From Promethearchaeota archaeon (GTDB taxonomy: Archaea; Asgardarchaeota; Lokiarchaeia; Sigyniarchaeales; SOKP01), in the NCBI GenBank assembly GCA_008080735.1, contig SHMW01000003.1, positions 1-64,000 of the forward strand: a stretch of 64,000 nucleotides of DNA. Reading direction: 5' to 3'. The notes under the pieces are model-generated. The model saw only the letters and a program-made list of their open reading frames with translations. It was not told the origin of the DNA and searched no databases. The translations under genes were made by a program, and so were the position numbers. Below are positions 10,181 to 21,900 of the stretch, piece by piece (the first letter of the stretch is position 1; each line of letters starts with the position of its first letter).

Positions 10181-11899
10181 ATGAATAATAATTTAGAAAA
10201 AATGGAGAATAGCGCCAAATTTATTTTTGTAACTGGCGGAGTAATGAGTGCCATTGGAAAGGGCGTTGTTACGGCCAGCTTGGGAAAGATCCTTCAATTC
10301 CGTGGATTTAATATCTCAGTGGTCAAAATTGATCCTTATCTCAACGTCGACCCTGGAACCTTAAATCCTATCGAGCATGGAGAATGTTTTATCACAGAAG
10401 AGGTTTGGGATTTCAAACCCGTACCCGATTCTGATGAACGGATCTATAAGATTAGCGAAATTGATCAAGATTTTGGGACTTATGAACGCTTTTTGGGAAT
10501 CACAATTCATCCTTCTAATAATATTACATCTGGACAAATCTATTTATCCACCATTCTCAGGGAACGTAAAGGACGCTTTCTGGGCAGAACCGTCCAACTT
10601 ATTCCCCATGTAACTGATATGATTAAACAACGGTTATTTGAGATTGCCAAAAAGGATGATTTAGATGTCTTATTAGTGGAATGCGGAGGTACTGTGGGCG
10701 ATTTAGAATCAAGTATCTTTTTAGAAAGCTTTCGACAATTACGATTAGAACTTCCCAAAAAGAATACTGTCTTTGTCCATGTCACACTTGTTCCATACTC
10801 CAAAGCTGTGGGACAGCAAAAATCGAAACCAACACAGCATTCTGTAAAGCAATTACAAAGCGCGGGACTTCAACCAGATATTATAATTGGAAGAAGCGAA
10901 GAGCCGCTTGAGGAAGATATACGGAATAAAATCTCACTCTTCTCCAACATACCCAAAAAAGCAGTTGTATCTAATCCCGATTTAGATAATATTTATGAGC
11001 TACCTTTACTATTTGAAAAACATAAATTGGGTGATTTGCTCTGCGAAACCCTCGATTTAAAAGCAAAATTAGTATCCTATAGTGAAATTACCAATTTTTC
11101 TGAATGGAAAAAAACCGTAGAAATATTTCGAAATGCTGATAAAAAAATAAAGATCGGGATGCCTGGCAAATATTTCAATATCACCGATTCCTATATTTCC
11201 ATTAATGACGCATTAGAGCATGCCGCTGCCCATCAAGGCTATAAAACGGACTTGAAAATGATTAATATTGATTCAGATACAGAAATAGAAGCTCAATTAG
11301 GAGATTGCGACGGTATCCTTCTAACTCCGGGATTCGGGGAGAGGGCGGTTGAGGGGATGATAGAGAGTGCCCTTTACGCGATGGAACACAAGGTGCCCTT
11401 TCTGGGGATTTGTTTTGGAGCGCAGCTCTTTTTTGTCGCCTTTTGTAGGAAATATCTCGGTTTGAACGGAGCTAACTCGACAGAAATTGATCCCGATACG
11501 CCCCATCCTGTAGTAGATCTTTTAGAAAGTCAAAAAAATGTCTCAGAAAAGGGTGGGACCATGCGATTGGGGGGATTAAAAGTATTCATTAAAGAAGGCA
11601 CTAAATTATATGATGCTTATAAAACATATGAAGTCGTAGAACGATTTCGACATAGATATCACATTAATAAAAACTATATTACTGAAGAAGCAAAACAAAA
11701 AGGCATTCGAATATCAAGCACGGATGAGTCGGGGAGGATTATTAATAGTATTGAAATGGATAGAACAGACCATTGGATGGTGGGAACCCAATTCCACCCA
11801 GAATTTAACTCGCGACCATGGGAAGATGGAGTATCACCTGTCTATGCAGCCTTTCTTAAAAAAGCCATCGAATATAAAAATAAAAAAGAGAAAGATTAA
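10181..11899 (+). CDS. pyrG: CTP synthase
   Basis: VTGGVMSAIGKG, KIDPYLNVDPG, GGTVGD, KSKPTQ; GATase triad GICFG and FHPE intact. Confidence 0.97.
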   Translation: MNNNLEKMENSAKFIFVTGGVMSAIGKGVVTASLGKILQFRGFNISVVKIDPYLNVDPGTLNPIEHGECFITEEVWDFKPVPDSDERIYKISEIDQDFGTYERFLGITIHPSNNITSGQIYLSTILRERKGRFLGRTVQLIPHVTDMIKQRLFEIAKKDDLDVLLVECGGTVGDLESSIFLESFRQLRLELPKKNTVFVHVTLVPYSKAVGQQKSKPTQHSVKQLQSAGLQPDIIIGRSEEPLEEDIRNKISLFSNIPKKAVVSNPDLDNIYELPLLFEKHKLGDLLCETLDLKAKLVSYSEITNFSEWKKTVEIFRNADKKIKIGMPGKYFNITDSYISINDALEHAAAHQGYKTDLKMINIDSDTEIEAQLGDCDGILLTPGFGERAVEGMIESALYAMEHKVPFLGICFGAQLFFVAFCRKYLGLNGANSTEIDPDTPHPVVDLLESQKNVSEKGGTMRLGGLKVFIKEGTKLYDAYKTYEVVERFRHRYHINKNYITEEAKQKGIRISSTDESGRIINSIEMDRTDHWMVGTQFHPEFNSRPWEDGVSPVYAAFLKKAIEYKNKKEKD

Positions 11900-12306
11900 A
11901 AATCTTTCAAGGATTTAAACTTCAATCCATTCAGAATAAAAGAATATTCCTTTCCATTTACCTTTTTTAGATGCGTTATAAATCGCAAATTTAAAAATCC
12001 ACGGCACCCTTTTTCCTTTTAAATATTTGGAATCCGTTCTGTTCAATATTGATAACCTAATCGGGTTTTATCAAATGCATTCTACATTACAGCTTACGGA
12101 CATAGGAAAGGATTCACCCCGAATATTTGCCTTAAGAGTAAATATCTATGATGAATTTATAGTAACTAATCTCCTAAAGTATGGTCTATAATAGGAAAAT
12201 AATTGCATTAAAAGTAAATATATAGATGAATTTATATTTATTGAGAGGAAAAAACTTATAGTTCAAATTTTTTATAAATATTAAGAAATGTGATCATATC
12301 TTTAAT

Positions 12307-12765
12307 ATGAAAAGATATAAAGATTGGCTGGAGCAAGCAGATAAAGACCTTGAAGCTGCCAAGGATAGTAAAAAAACAGAACATTTTGAATGGGCTTGCT
12401 TTCAAGCAGAACAATCTGCGGAAAAAGCTCTAAAATCATTTCTTCTATATTTCAATATTGATACGTCGAAACGATTAGTTCTTTTGTTGTCCCAATTAAA
12501 GAAAATATTAGAGGATTTTTGTGAAGAATCTAAAAATGAAAATTTAATGAGCCAATTTGATTTATTAAAAGAGAAATGTCAAGAATTAGATATGCATTAT
12601 ATCCAATCAAGATATCCAAATCGTTTTGTGAGTGGTCATCCAGCAGAATATTATAATAAAAAAATAGCAACAAAGTGTATAAATTATGCAGAGTCAATCA
12701 ATCAATACATTAAAAAAGAAATTGAAAAGATATCCTCATCTGAATGTATTGGAGGATTTTCTTGA
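12307..12765 (+). CDS. HEPN domain protein (module 2)
   Basis: WLEQA, WACFQAEQSAEKALK and YIQSRYP. Confidence 0.88.
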   Translation: MKRYKDWLEQADKDLEAAKDSKKTEHFEWACFQAEQSAEKALKSFLLYFNIDTSKRLVLLLSQLKKILEDFCEESKNENLMSQFDLLKEKCQELDMHYIQSRYPNRFVSGHPAEYYNKKIATKCINYAESINQYIKKEIEKISSSECIGGFS

Positions 12766-13060
12766 AAAAATTGATAAAAAAGATTTGAAATTAATCATGC
12801 TATTTGGTTCATTAGCGAAAGGTACTTTTACTCAACATAGCGATATAGATCTTCTCTGTGTATACGAAAAAGAGTTTACAGATCAAAGAGAAAGATTTAT
12901 GCATACGTATCAATTTAGTAAGGGGATAGTACAACCTAAAACGATATCGTGGAGTGAATTAAAAGAGAATTTATTGAATGATAATTCTTTTATGCACCAC
13001 ATATTCAAAGAGGGGATAAAACTCTATAATAAAATACCAGAAAATAAATTAAACTCATAG
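12686..13060 (+). CDS. Minimal nucleotidyltransferase (module 2)
   Basis: LFGSLAKGTFTQHSDIDLL matches GS-x10-DxD. Confidence 0.88.
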   Translation: MQSQSINTLKKKLKRYPHLNVLEDFLEKIDKKDLKLIMLFGSLAKGTFTQHSDIDLLCVYEKEFTDQRERFMHTYQFSKGIVQPKTISWSELKENLLNDNSFMHHIFKEGIKLYNKIPENKLNS

Positions 13061-13214
13061 TTTTTTTTGAATTTTAATCTTCAAAAGTCTTTTTTTAAAA
13101 ATTGTGAATTATAATCCAAAATAGGGTTTTTTACCGAGTTAATAATAAAAATTAATAAAAAATTTTAGAAATCAATAACTATCCAATAAAATAGATATTA
13201 CAAAGACGACTAAT

Positions 13215-14348
13215 ATGGAATATAAAGACAAGCGCCTCGCAATATTAATGTTAAAAGACGGTCGTTATTTTGAGGGGTTAGGATTTGGCGCAAGTAAGAT
13301 TGTCACAGGCGAATTAGTGTTTAACACAATTACGGGAGCAGGTTATAATGAAACTCTGACCGATCCTTCATATCAAGGGCAAATAGTAACTATGACCCAT
13401 CCTTTAGTGGGAAATTATGGCGTGCCTCCGTGGGAGAAAGATGTGAATGGATTAATTAAATATTTCGAGTCTGATTCAATAAAAGTAAGTGGATTCGTAG
13501 TAAATGAATGTTGTAAACATCCTCACCATTACGAGAGTGCGAAAACATTAGATGAGTTTTTAAGAGAACAAGATGTTCCTGGGATTGAATGGATAGATAC
13601 TCGCTCTGTCACTAAAATCTTACGTGAAGAAGGGGTCCAAGTCGGATTAATAGCGGTATATGATGCTGGAGAAAAACCAGATTTAGAGGAACTAAAACAG
13701 ATTGTAGAAGAAGCTAAGGATCCCAACCTCCGCCATTTAGCACGCGAAGTTTCAACTAAAGAAGTAAAGAAATTCTGTCCTGCAAATCCTGTTGGCAAAG
13801 CAGTGATACTGGATCTTGGAGTGAAATATAGTATTATCCGCAATTTGTTGCAGCGTAATATTAAAGTAATATTAGTCCCTCATGATTGTTCTTATTCACA
13901 GATAATGGATTACAAACCTGATGGTGTCCTTATTTCTAATGGTCCTGGCGATCCAAAATTATATACAAAGGCAGTTGAAGTTGGAAAAGAATTAATTGCT
14001 AATGACATTCCCACATTCGGAATATGTTTAGGGAATCAAATCCTTGGCATAGCGGCGGGGGGAGATTCCTATAAATTAAAATATGGACATCGGGGAGGAA
14101 ACAAAACGGTTATTAATCCCGATACAGAGCAGTGTTATATTACTTCCCAAAATCACGGATATTGTATACAAAAATTTGAAAAGAGTGGATTTATTGAATT
14201 TCTTAGAAATATCGATGACAATTCTAATGAAGGGATAGTGCATGAAACTAAACCCATTTTTGCTGTTCAATTCCATCCCGAAGCTTCACCTGGACCGCTC
14301 GATTCGACCTATTTATTTGATAAATTTACTAAACTTATGGGGATATAA
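13215..14348 (+). CDS. carA: Carbamoyl-phosphate synthase small subunit, copy 1 (catalytically intact)
   Basis: LTDPSY, SNGPGDP, GICLGNQ (Cys271), SQNHG and FHPE. Confidence 0.96.
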   Translation: MEYKDKRLAILMLKDGRYFEGLGFGASKIVTGELVFNTITGAGYNETLTDPSYQGQIVTMTHPLVGNYGVPPWEKDVNGLIKYFESDSIKVSGFVVNECCKHPHHYESAKTLDEFLREQDVPGIEWIDTRSVTKILREEGVQVGLIAVYDAGEKPDLEELKQIVEEAKDPNLRHLAREVSTKEVKKFCPANPVGKAVILDLGVKYSIIRNLLQRNIKVILVPHDCSYSQIMDYKPDGVLISNGPGDPKLYTKAVEVGKELIANDIPTFGICLGNQILGIAAGGDSYKLKYGHRGGNKTVINPDTEQCYITSQNHGYCIQKFEKSGFIEFLRNIDDNSNEGIVHETKPIFAVQFHPEASPGPLDSTYLFDKFTKLMGI

Positions 14349-14350
14349 CA

Positions 14351-17300
14351 ATGCCGTTAGACAAAACCATTAAAAAAGCACTGGTGGTGGGATCTGGAGG
14401 GATACGTATTGGACAAGCCGGAGAGTTTGACTATTCGGGCTCCCAGGTTCTAAAAGCACTTCAAGAAGAAGGGATAGAAACTATTCTTATTAATCCTAAT
14501 ATTGCAACAATCCAAACAGATCCAGAACTTTCTGATAAAGTCTATTTACTCCCAATCAATGTACAATATGTAGAAGAGGTAATTAAGAAGGAAAAGCCAG
14601 ACGGTATTCTCTTATCTTTTGGGGGTCAAACAGCATTAAACGTAGGTGTCGAGTTAAAAGAATTGGGAATATTGGAGAAATATAATGTTAGGGTATTAGG
14701 GACACCCATAGGAGCGATACAGAAGACGGAAGATAGAGACCTATTTGTTAAGGCAATGGAACAATCGAATGCTCCCGTATGTAAAAGCAAGGCTGTGAAT
14801 AGCTTTCCTGAGGCTAAAAAAGCAGCAGCAGAATTTGGCTTTCCACTAATGATTCGAGTTGCATATACCTTGGGAGGCAGGGGTTCGGGCATTGCTTCCA
14901 ATATGAGTGAATTCGAAAAAATGGCTCGCCGAGGCTTGGCCCAATCACGTATAAACCAGATTCTAATTGAAGAGAGTGTCTGGGGGTGGAAAGAAGTCGA
15001 GTATGAAGTTGTTCGAGATGCGGCTGATAATTGCTTTATTAACTGTAATATGGAAAATTTTGACCCAGTAGGTATTCATACAGGAGAGAGTATCGTTGTA
15101 GCTCCTTCGCAAACACTTACAAATGAAGAATATCACATGCTTCGATCTGCTTCGATCCGTATTATTCGGAATTTAGGAATTATTGGTGAATGCAATATTC
15201 AATACGCATTAAATCCGAAATCAAAAGAGTTTCGAGTAATCGAAGTAAATGCGCGGTTATCCCGCTCTTCAGCTCTAGCTTCAAAAGCAACAGGTTATCC
15301 TCTTGCATATATCGCTGCGAAATTAGGAATAGGTTATAATCTTCCAGAACTTAAAAATAAAATAACGGGGATCACCACCGCCTGTTTTGAACCTGCTTTA
15401 GATTATCTTGTTTTGAAAATCCCACGCTGGGATCTGACTAAATTTCATAGAGTCGACAGGCATATCGGAAGTCAAATGAAAAGTGTGGGTGAAGTGATGG
15501 CGATCGGGCGAACATTTGAAGAGGTCTTACAGAAAGCAATACGTATGTTAGATATCGGAATGAAAGGGGTTGTCGCAAACGATTTAGCGCCCATCGAAGA
15601 CATCAATGAATTAAAATATAATCTACAAAATCCCACGGATCTGCGAGTTTTCAGGTTGGTAGAGGCACTTAAACGGGGCTTAAGTATTGATGAGATATAT
15701 CAGATTTCGCGAGTAGACAAATGGTTTCTATATAAAATTAAAAATATTATAGATATCGAGAACAATCTCAAAACACTGAAAATATTAGAGTCAAGTGATG
15801 AACAAAAAAGCTATATCTTAAGATGTGCCAAGCGATTCGGCTTTTCTGATGGACAAATTGGAAAAATTATGGGTGTAGATTCCATAAAAATACGTAATCT
15901 TCGTAAAAAATATAATATTGAACCTTATGTAAAGCGCATCGATACCCTTGCCGCTGAATGGCCCGCAATTACAAATTACCTTTATCTAACCTATAGTGCC
16001 TCTGAGCACGATATCGACTTTAATAAAGAGAGAGAAAAAAATCTTAAGAAGATAATAGTGTTAGGGAGTGGCACCTATAGAATAGGGGCTTCTGTGGAAT
16101 TCGATTGGGGGTCAGTAAATTGTTTGTGGGGGCTTAAAAATCAAGGGATCGACCAATCAATCATTATTAACTATAATCCCGAGACGGTTTCCACAGATTT
16201 TGATGTATCAGACAAATTATACTTCGAAGAACTTTCTGGGGAACGTGTGTTAGATATTGCGGAGTTAGAAATGGCAGATGGGGTCGTTGTTTCAGTTGGA
16301 GGTCAGATTGCCAACAATCTTGCTACAAAGTTTTCGAAATATAGTGAATTCTTCCGTAAAACCGGTATTAATATTTTAGGGACACACGGATCCCGTATTG
16401 ATATGGCGGAAGATCGGAGTAAATTCAGCTCATTGTTGGATCAACTCGATATTAAACAACCGGAATGGAGAGCCCTTACCACAAAATCAGAAGCACTTAA
16501 ATTTGCTGAGACAGTTGGCTATCCAGTATTGGTCCGTCCATCATATGTTCTCAGCGGTGCTGCGATGCGTGTGTGTTATGACGAAAAGACATTGAAAGAT
16601 ACACTCGACTTGGCAGCATCCGTATCCCAAGAATATCCTGTTGTAATTACCAAGTTTTTTACAAACGCACGAGAGGTGGAATGCGACGGAGTGTGTGATG
16701 GAAAAAATGTGTTTATCGGGGCAATAGTCGAACATATCGAGAATGCGGGAATTCATTCCGGAGATGCTACTATGAGCATACCGCCCTTCACAATCCATCA
16801 AAAAGTACTTAACATTATTAAAGATTATACCAGACGGATTGCTTTGGCACTAAAAATTCGGGGACCCTTTAATGTACAATATTTAGTAAAGAATGGTGAT
16901 GTTTTTGTAATCGAATGTAACTTGCGTTCGAGTCGAAGTATGCCTTATGTATCGAAAACCCGCGGTATCAACCTTATGAGGCTTGCCGCGGAAGTTATAA
17001 TGGGTAAAGAAATTCCAGAACGTTTATTGGATTTGCCTTATGGAAATTATGTGTCGATTAAAGCACCAATGTTCTCTTTCATTCGGTTGGATAAAGCTGA
17101 CCCGATACTTTCTGTTGAGATGGCGAGCACAGGAGAAGTAGCATGTATGGGAGATGATTTCTCCGACGCGCTAGTAAAAGCATTAGAAGCTACAGACCGG
17201 AACATACCTGTTCATGGAGGTAACGTATTAATATCCGTAGCGGGAGATCAATTAAAGAAAGAGATCATCCCAATAGCTAAAAAGCTTAAAACTATGGGTT

Positions 17301-17662
17301 TTACATTATTCGCTACAGAAGATACGGCTCAAGCATTACGGAATAATGATCTTTATTCAGTGAAATTATATAAAGTCCATGAATACGGAAAAGAGCCTAA
17401 TATAATTGGGTGTCTACAAAACGGCGCGATTGATTTGGTCATAAATATTCCACTTCCTACCGACCAAGAGGACAAATTTCGACAGATAATAGAGGATGAA
17501 TACACTATACGGAGAATGGCAGTGGACTATAACGTTCCGGTAATTATTAATATTGAATTAGCCCGAGCATTAGTAGATGCTATAGAAGATGTAAGAAGAA
17601 GAAAACCTCAAATAAAAGCTTTAAATGAATATCATGAAACTTTAAAAGAAGTATATTGGTAA
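14351..17662 (+). CDS. carB: Carbamoyl-phosphate synthase large subunit, copy 1
   Basis: GQAGEFDYSG, two ATP-grasp domains, RSSALASKATG, MGS-like C-terminal domain; 1103 aa. Confidence 0.97.
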   Translation: MPLDKTIKKALVVGSGGIRIGQAGEFDYSGSQVLKALQEEGIETILINPNIATIQTDPELSDKVYLLPINVQYVEEVIKKEKPDGILLSFGGQTALNVGVELKELGILEKYNVRVLGTPIGAIQKTEDRDLFVKAMEQSNAPVCKSKAVNSFPEAKKAAAEFGFPLMIRVAYTLGGRGSGIASNMSEFEKMARRGLAQSRINQILIEESVWGWKEVEYEVVRDAADNCFINCNMENFDPVGIHTGESIVVAPSQTLTNEEYHMLRSASIRIIRNLGIIGECNIQYALNPKSKEFRVIEVNARLSRSSALASKATGYPLAYIAAKLGIGYNLPELKNKITGITTACFEPALDYLVLKIPRWDLTKFHRVDRHIGSQMKSVGEVMAIGRTFEEVLQKAIRMLDIGMKGVVANDLAPIEDINELKYNLQNPTDLRVFRLVEALKRGLSIDEIYQISRVDKWFLYKIKNIIDIENNLKTLKILESSDEQKSYILRCAKRFGFSDGQIGKIMGVDSIKIRNLRKKYNIEPYVKRIDTLAAEWPAITNYLYLTYSASEHDIDFNKEREKNLKKIIVLGSGTYRIGASVEFDWGSVNCLWGLKNQGIDQSIIINYNPETVSTDFDVSDKLYFEELSGERVLDIAELEMADGVVVSVGGQIANNLATKFSKYSEFFRKTGINILGTHGSRIDMAEDRSKFSSLLDQLDIKQPEWRALTTKSEALKFAETVGYPVLVRPSYVLSGAAMRVCYDEKTLKDTLDLAASVSQEYPVVITKFFTNAREVECDGVCDGKNVFIGAIVEHIENAGIHSGDATMSIPPFTIHQKVLNIIKDYTRRIALALKIRGPFNVQYLVKNGDVFVIECNLRSSRSMPYVSKTRGINLMRLAAEVIMGKEIPERLLDLPYGNYVSIKAPMFSFIRLDKADPILSVEMASTGEVACMGDDFSDALVKALEATDRNIPVHGGNVLISVAGDQLKKEIIPIAKKLKTMGFTLFATEDTAQALRNNDLYSVKLYKVHEYGKEPNIIGCLQNGAIDLVINIPLPTDQEDKFRQIIEDEYTIRRMAVDYNVPVIINIELARALVDAIEDVRRRKPQIKALNEYHETLKEVYW

Positions 17663-17805
17663 TATAACTATATTTATCAAATTTTTAGCCTATTTTTTAT
17701 CCATACTCCTGATTTACTTCTTATTTAATCCCTATTATCATTACTAAGATATCTTAATTAGTTATATTAAATTATATTAAGAAAAATAAGATATCGCCTT
17801 TTAAT

Positions 17806-18939
17806 ATGATTTATAAAGAAGAAAAGCCCGCAATTTTAATGTTAGAAGATGGTTCCTATTTTGAGGGAATCGGTGTTGGTGCGAGTAAGCAGATAATGGG
17901 AGAAATAACTTTTTCAACTGTTCCAGGATCGGGTTACATTGAAGCTTTAACAGATTTTGTGTATACAGATAAAATTTTAGTATTCACGTATCCTTCAATC
18001 GGAAATTACGGAGTTCCGAAAAAGGAGAAGGATGACCACGGCATACTTAAACATTTTGAATCTGATACCATAAAGGTGAGTGGTGTAGTATTGAATGAGT
18101 ACTGTGCAACCCCGAGTCATTATGAAAGTGTAAAAACTTTGGAAGACTGGTTAATAGAAGAAAACATTCCGGGAATTCAATGGGTTGATACACGGAGGCT
18201 TGTCCAACGGCTTGTTAAGGAACAGCATACTTTTGGTTTGTTAAAAGTATTTGAAACCGAACAAAAACCAGATTTAGAACAAATGAGGGAAGATTTAACC
18301 AACTTTCCCCAAGTATCTAATGGCCTTCCTGTTTCTAAAATTTCAACACCTCAGACTCAAAAATTTACTCCTTTAAATCCAAAGGCAACTGTTATAATTT
18401 TGGATCTAGGAACCAAGAATGGCATTATTCGGACGTTATTGTCTAAGAATCTTGAGATAATAAAAGTACCTTATTCATTTGATTATAAGCGGTTAGTTTC
18501 TCTTAATCCCGCTGGTATTATAATTTCAAATGGTCCGGGGAATCCCGCCTATATGGATGGTCCAATACAACTTGCCCGGGAATTGATTAAAAATAATATT
18601 CCTACGATGGGGATAGGATTAGGAAATATGGTACTAGGGTTAGCTGCTGGGATGGATATTTATAAGATGGAAGCAGAACATAGAGGCGGTAGAACAACCG
18701 TAGAAAAGGCCACCGATCAATGCTATATAACGTCCCAAAACCATGGATATTGTCTTAAATATAACAATTTAAATGGATTTAAGGAACTATATTATGATAA
18801 AGATGATAAGTCAAATGAGGGATTGATCCATGAAAATAAACCGATTTTTTCAGTGGTTTTTAATCCTGAAGGCTCGCCTGGACCCTTGGATATGAAAGAA
18901 AAGATATTTAATCAATTTATCGAATTATTGGAGGTCTAA
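17806..18939 (+). CDS. carA: Carbamoyl-phosphate synthase small subunit, copy 2 (glutaminase triad degenerate)
   Basis: Colinear 377 aa paralog of copy 1, but GIGLGNM replaces GICLGNQ and FNPE replaces FHPE. Confidence 0.92.
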   Translation: MIYKEEKPAILMLEDGSYFEGIGVGASKQIMGEITFSTVPGSGYIEALTDFVYTDKILVFTYPSIGNYGVPKKEKDDHGILKHFESDTIKVSGVVLNEYCATPSHYESVKTLEDWLIEENIPGIQWVDTRRLVQRLVKEQHTFGLLKVFETEQKPDLEQMREDLTNFPQVSNGLPVSKISTPQTQKFTPLNPKATVIILDLGTKNGIIRTLLSKNLEIIKVPYSFDYKRLVSLNPAGIIISNGPGNPAYMDGPIQLARELIKNNIPTMGIGLGNMVLGLAAGMDIYKMEAEHRGGRTTVEKATDQCYITSQNHGYCLKYNNLNGFKELYYDKDDKSNEGLIHENKPIFSVVFNPEGSPGPLDMKEKIFNQFIELLEV

Positions 18940-18942
18940 AAA

Positions 18943-21900
18943 ATGCCCTTAGATAAAAGTCTTAAAAAGGTTCTAATTTTAGGATCTGGTGCTGTAAGAA
19001 TTGGACAAGCGGGAGAGTTTGATTATAGTGGGAGTCAAGTTCTTAAAGCTCTTAACGAAGAAGGGATTGAAACCATTTTGGTTAATCCAAATATCGCCAC
19101 AATTCAAACAGACCCTCAAATGAGCTCTAAAGTGTACTTATTACCTATTAATATAAAATATGTTGAAGAGATAATTAAAAAGGAACGTCCAGATGGAATT
19201 TGTCTTTCATTTGGTGGTCAAACAGGATTAAATGTAGGAGTTGAACTCTATGAAGCAGGTGTTCTGGATAAATATAACGTTCGGGTTCTCGGAACACCCA
19301 TAGAAGCCATTCAAGATACAGAAGATAGGGATTTATTTGTGAAAGCGATGAACAGAGCAGATTGTCCTGTCTGCAGAAGTAGAGCAGTTAATTCTTATGC
19401 TGAAGCAAAGAAGGTTGCTGAGGAATTTGGATTTCCATTAATGTTAAGAGTAGCGTATGTGCTTGGAGGGAAAGGTTCTGGAATAATACGTGATTGGGAC
19501 CAGTTTGAACGTATGGCGAAAAGAGGACTCGCGCAATCACGTATTAACCAAATCTTGATTGAGGAAAGCGTTTGGGGCTGGAAAGAAATAGAATTTGAAA
19601 TTCTACGTGATGCTGAGGATAATTGTTTTATTAATTGTAGCATGGAAAATGTAGATCCGTGTGGTATTCATACTGGAGATTCAATTGTGGTGGCACCCGC
19701 TCAAACTTTATCAGATGAAGAGTTGCAAATGCTCCGAAGTGCATCTATTAGAGCCACGAAAGCGGTCGGTGTCTGCGGTGAGTGTAACATCCAATGGGCC
19801 TTAGATCCTTTTTCAAAGAAATTTAGAGCCATAGAAATTAATGCTCGATTATCTCGTTCTTCTGCTTTGGCATCAAAGGCTACTGGATATCCTCTAGCTT
19901 ATATCGCTGCTAAGATTGCGATTGGTTATTCCTTACCAGAACTTAAAAATCAAATAACTCTCAAAACTACTGCTAATTTTGAGCCTGCAACAGATTATAT
20001 GGTTCTAAAATATCCACGCTGGGACTTAACGAAATTTGAAAAAGTTGACAGAAGAATTGGCCCTCAGATGAAAGGCGTAGGAGAATGTATGAGTATTGGG
20101 AGGAATTTTGAAGAAGTTTGCCAAAAAGCCTTGCGAATGCTTGATATTGGATTAAAGGGCTTTGTAGCAAACGATTTAAATCCTATAGAGGATGTCAATG
20201 AATTAAAATATGAATTGCGTAATCCGACTGATTTGCGCTTTCTTAGAATCGCTGATGCGATGAAGAAGGGACTCTCAATCGATGAAATATATGATCGCTC
20301 TCGTATCGACAAATGGTTTCTTTATAAACTAAAAAATATTGTTGATATAGAAGGTGAACTTAAGAGTTTAGATTTTCTTGAATCAAGTGATAAAGAGAAG
20401 GAATATTTACTCACAAAAGCAAAAAGATATGGATTTTCTGATGGCCAAATTGCAAAAATAATAGGTGTAACTACCCCAATGATACGGAGATTGAGGAAAC
20501 GATATAATATTATCCCTTGTGTAAAGCAAATTGATACATTAGCAGGTCAATGCGTTCCAGAAAGAAATTATCTCTATTTAACCTATTGGGCTGACAAACA
20601 CGATATAGATTATTCTGAGGAAGAAAATTCTGATGAGAAGAAAGTAATCGTCTTAGGGAGTGGAACATATCGGATAGGAGCTTCCGTTGAGTTTGATTGG
20701 GGCTCTGTCAATTGCCTCTGGGGACTGCAAGAATTGGGCGTCGATAAAGCAATTATTATCAATTATAATCCGGAAACCGTAAGCACAGATTATGACATCT
20801 CTGATAGATTATATTTTGAAGAGCTTTCTGGAGAGCGTGTATTGGATATTTGTGAATTTGAAAGTCCATATGGAATAGTTCTCAATGCTGGCGGACAGAT
20901 TGCTCAAAACCTTGCGGCAAAGTTTTCTAAATATTCGGAATTTTTCCGAAAAACAGGTATAAATATATTGGGAACACACGGCTCTCGCATTGATATGGCG
21001 GAAGATAGATCAAAGTTTAGTGCATTACTGGATCAGCTTAATATAAAGCAACCCAAATGGGCGATGCTGACGACAACAGAAGAAGCAATTGAATTTGCAG
21101 ATGAGGTAGGTTATCCCGTCTTAGTTCGACCTTCATATGTCCTGAGTGGTGCGGCAATGCGGGTTTCATACGATGAAAAAACTTTACATGATACATTAGA
21201 TCTAGCCGCGTCCGTATCTCAAGAATATCCCGTTGTGATGACCAAGTTCTTCACCGATTCTCGCGAAGTTGAATGTGATGGTGTATGTGACGGGAAAAAT
21301 GTCTTAATCGGAGCCATTGTAGAACACATTGAAAACGCGGGGGTACATAGCGGTGATGCGACAATGGCTATCCCCCCGCAGACAATATCGAAGGAAACTT
21401 GTCAGCAAATTGAGGATTATACAAAGAAGATCGCATTAGCGCTTAAAATAATAGGACCTTTTAATGTTCAATTTTTAGTCAAAAATGGTAAGGTCTATGT
21501 TATCGAGTGTAATCTGCGCTCAAGTCGAAGTATGCCCTATGTTTCAAAAACAAAAGGGATTAATTTGATGAAATTGGCTGCTGAAGTAATTATGGGGAAT
21601 GAAATTCCCGAACGATTGTTGGATTTGCCTTATGGAAATTATGTTGCGGTAAAAGCACCGATGTTTTCATTTATGCGTTTGGATAATGCTGACCCTATAT
21701 TAGGAGTAGAAATGAATTCGACAGGAGAGGTTGCCGTAATTGGTGAGGACTTGCCAGATGCTCTCTTGAAAGCTTTAGAAGCTACCGAACAATACATACC
21801 TATTCATGAGGGAAACGTGTTAATTTCAGTAGGTGGAGAGGATCTGAAGCGTAAAATTATACCGCTTGCTAAAAAATTAAAGGATCTCGATTTTACTATA

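Noticed and set aside
11915-12130. Coding-like minus-strand sequence after pyrG
   Set aside because: Only short broken frames with no recognizable motif; possibly a remnant but unsupported.
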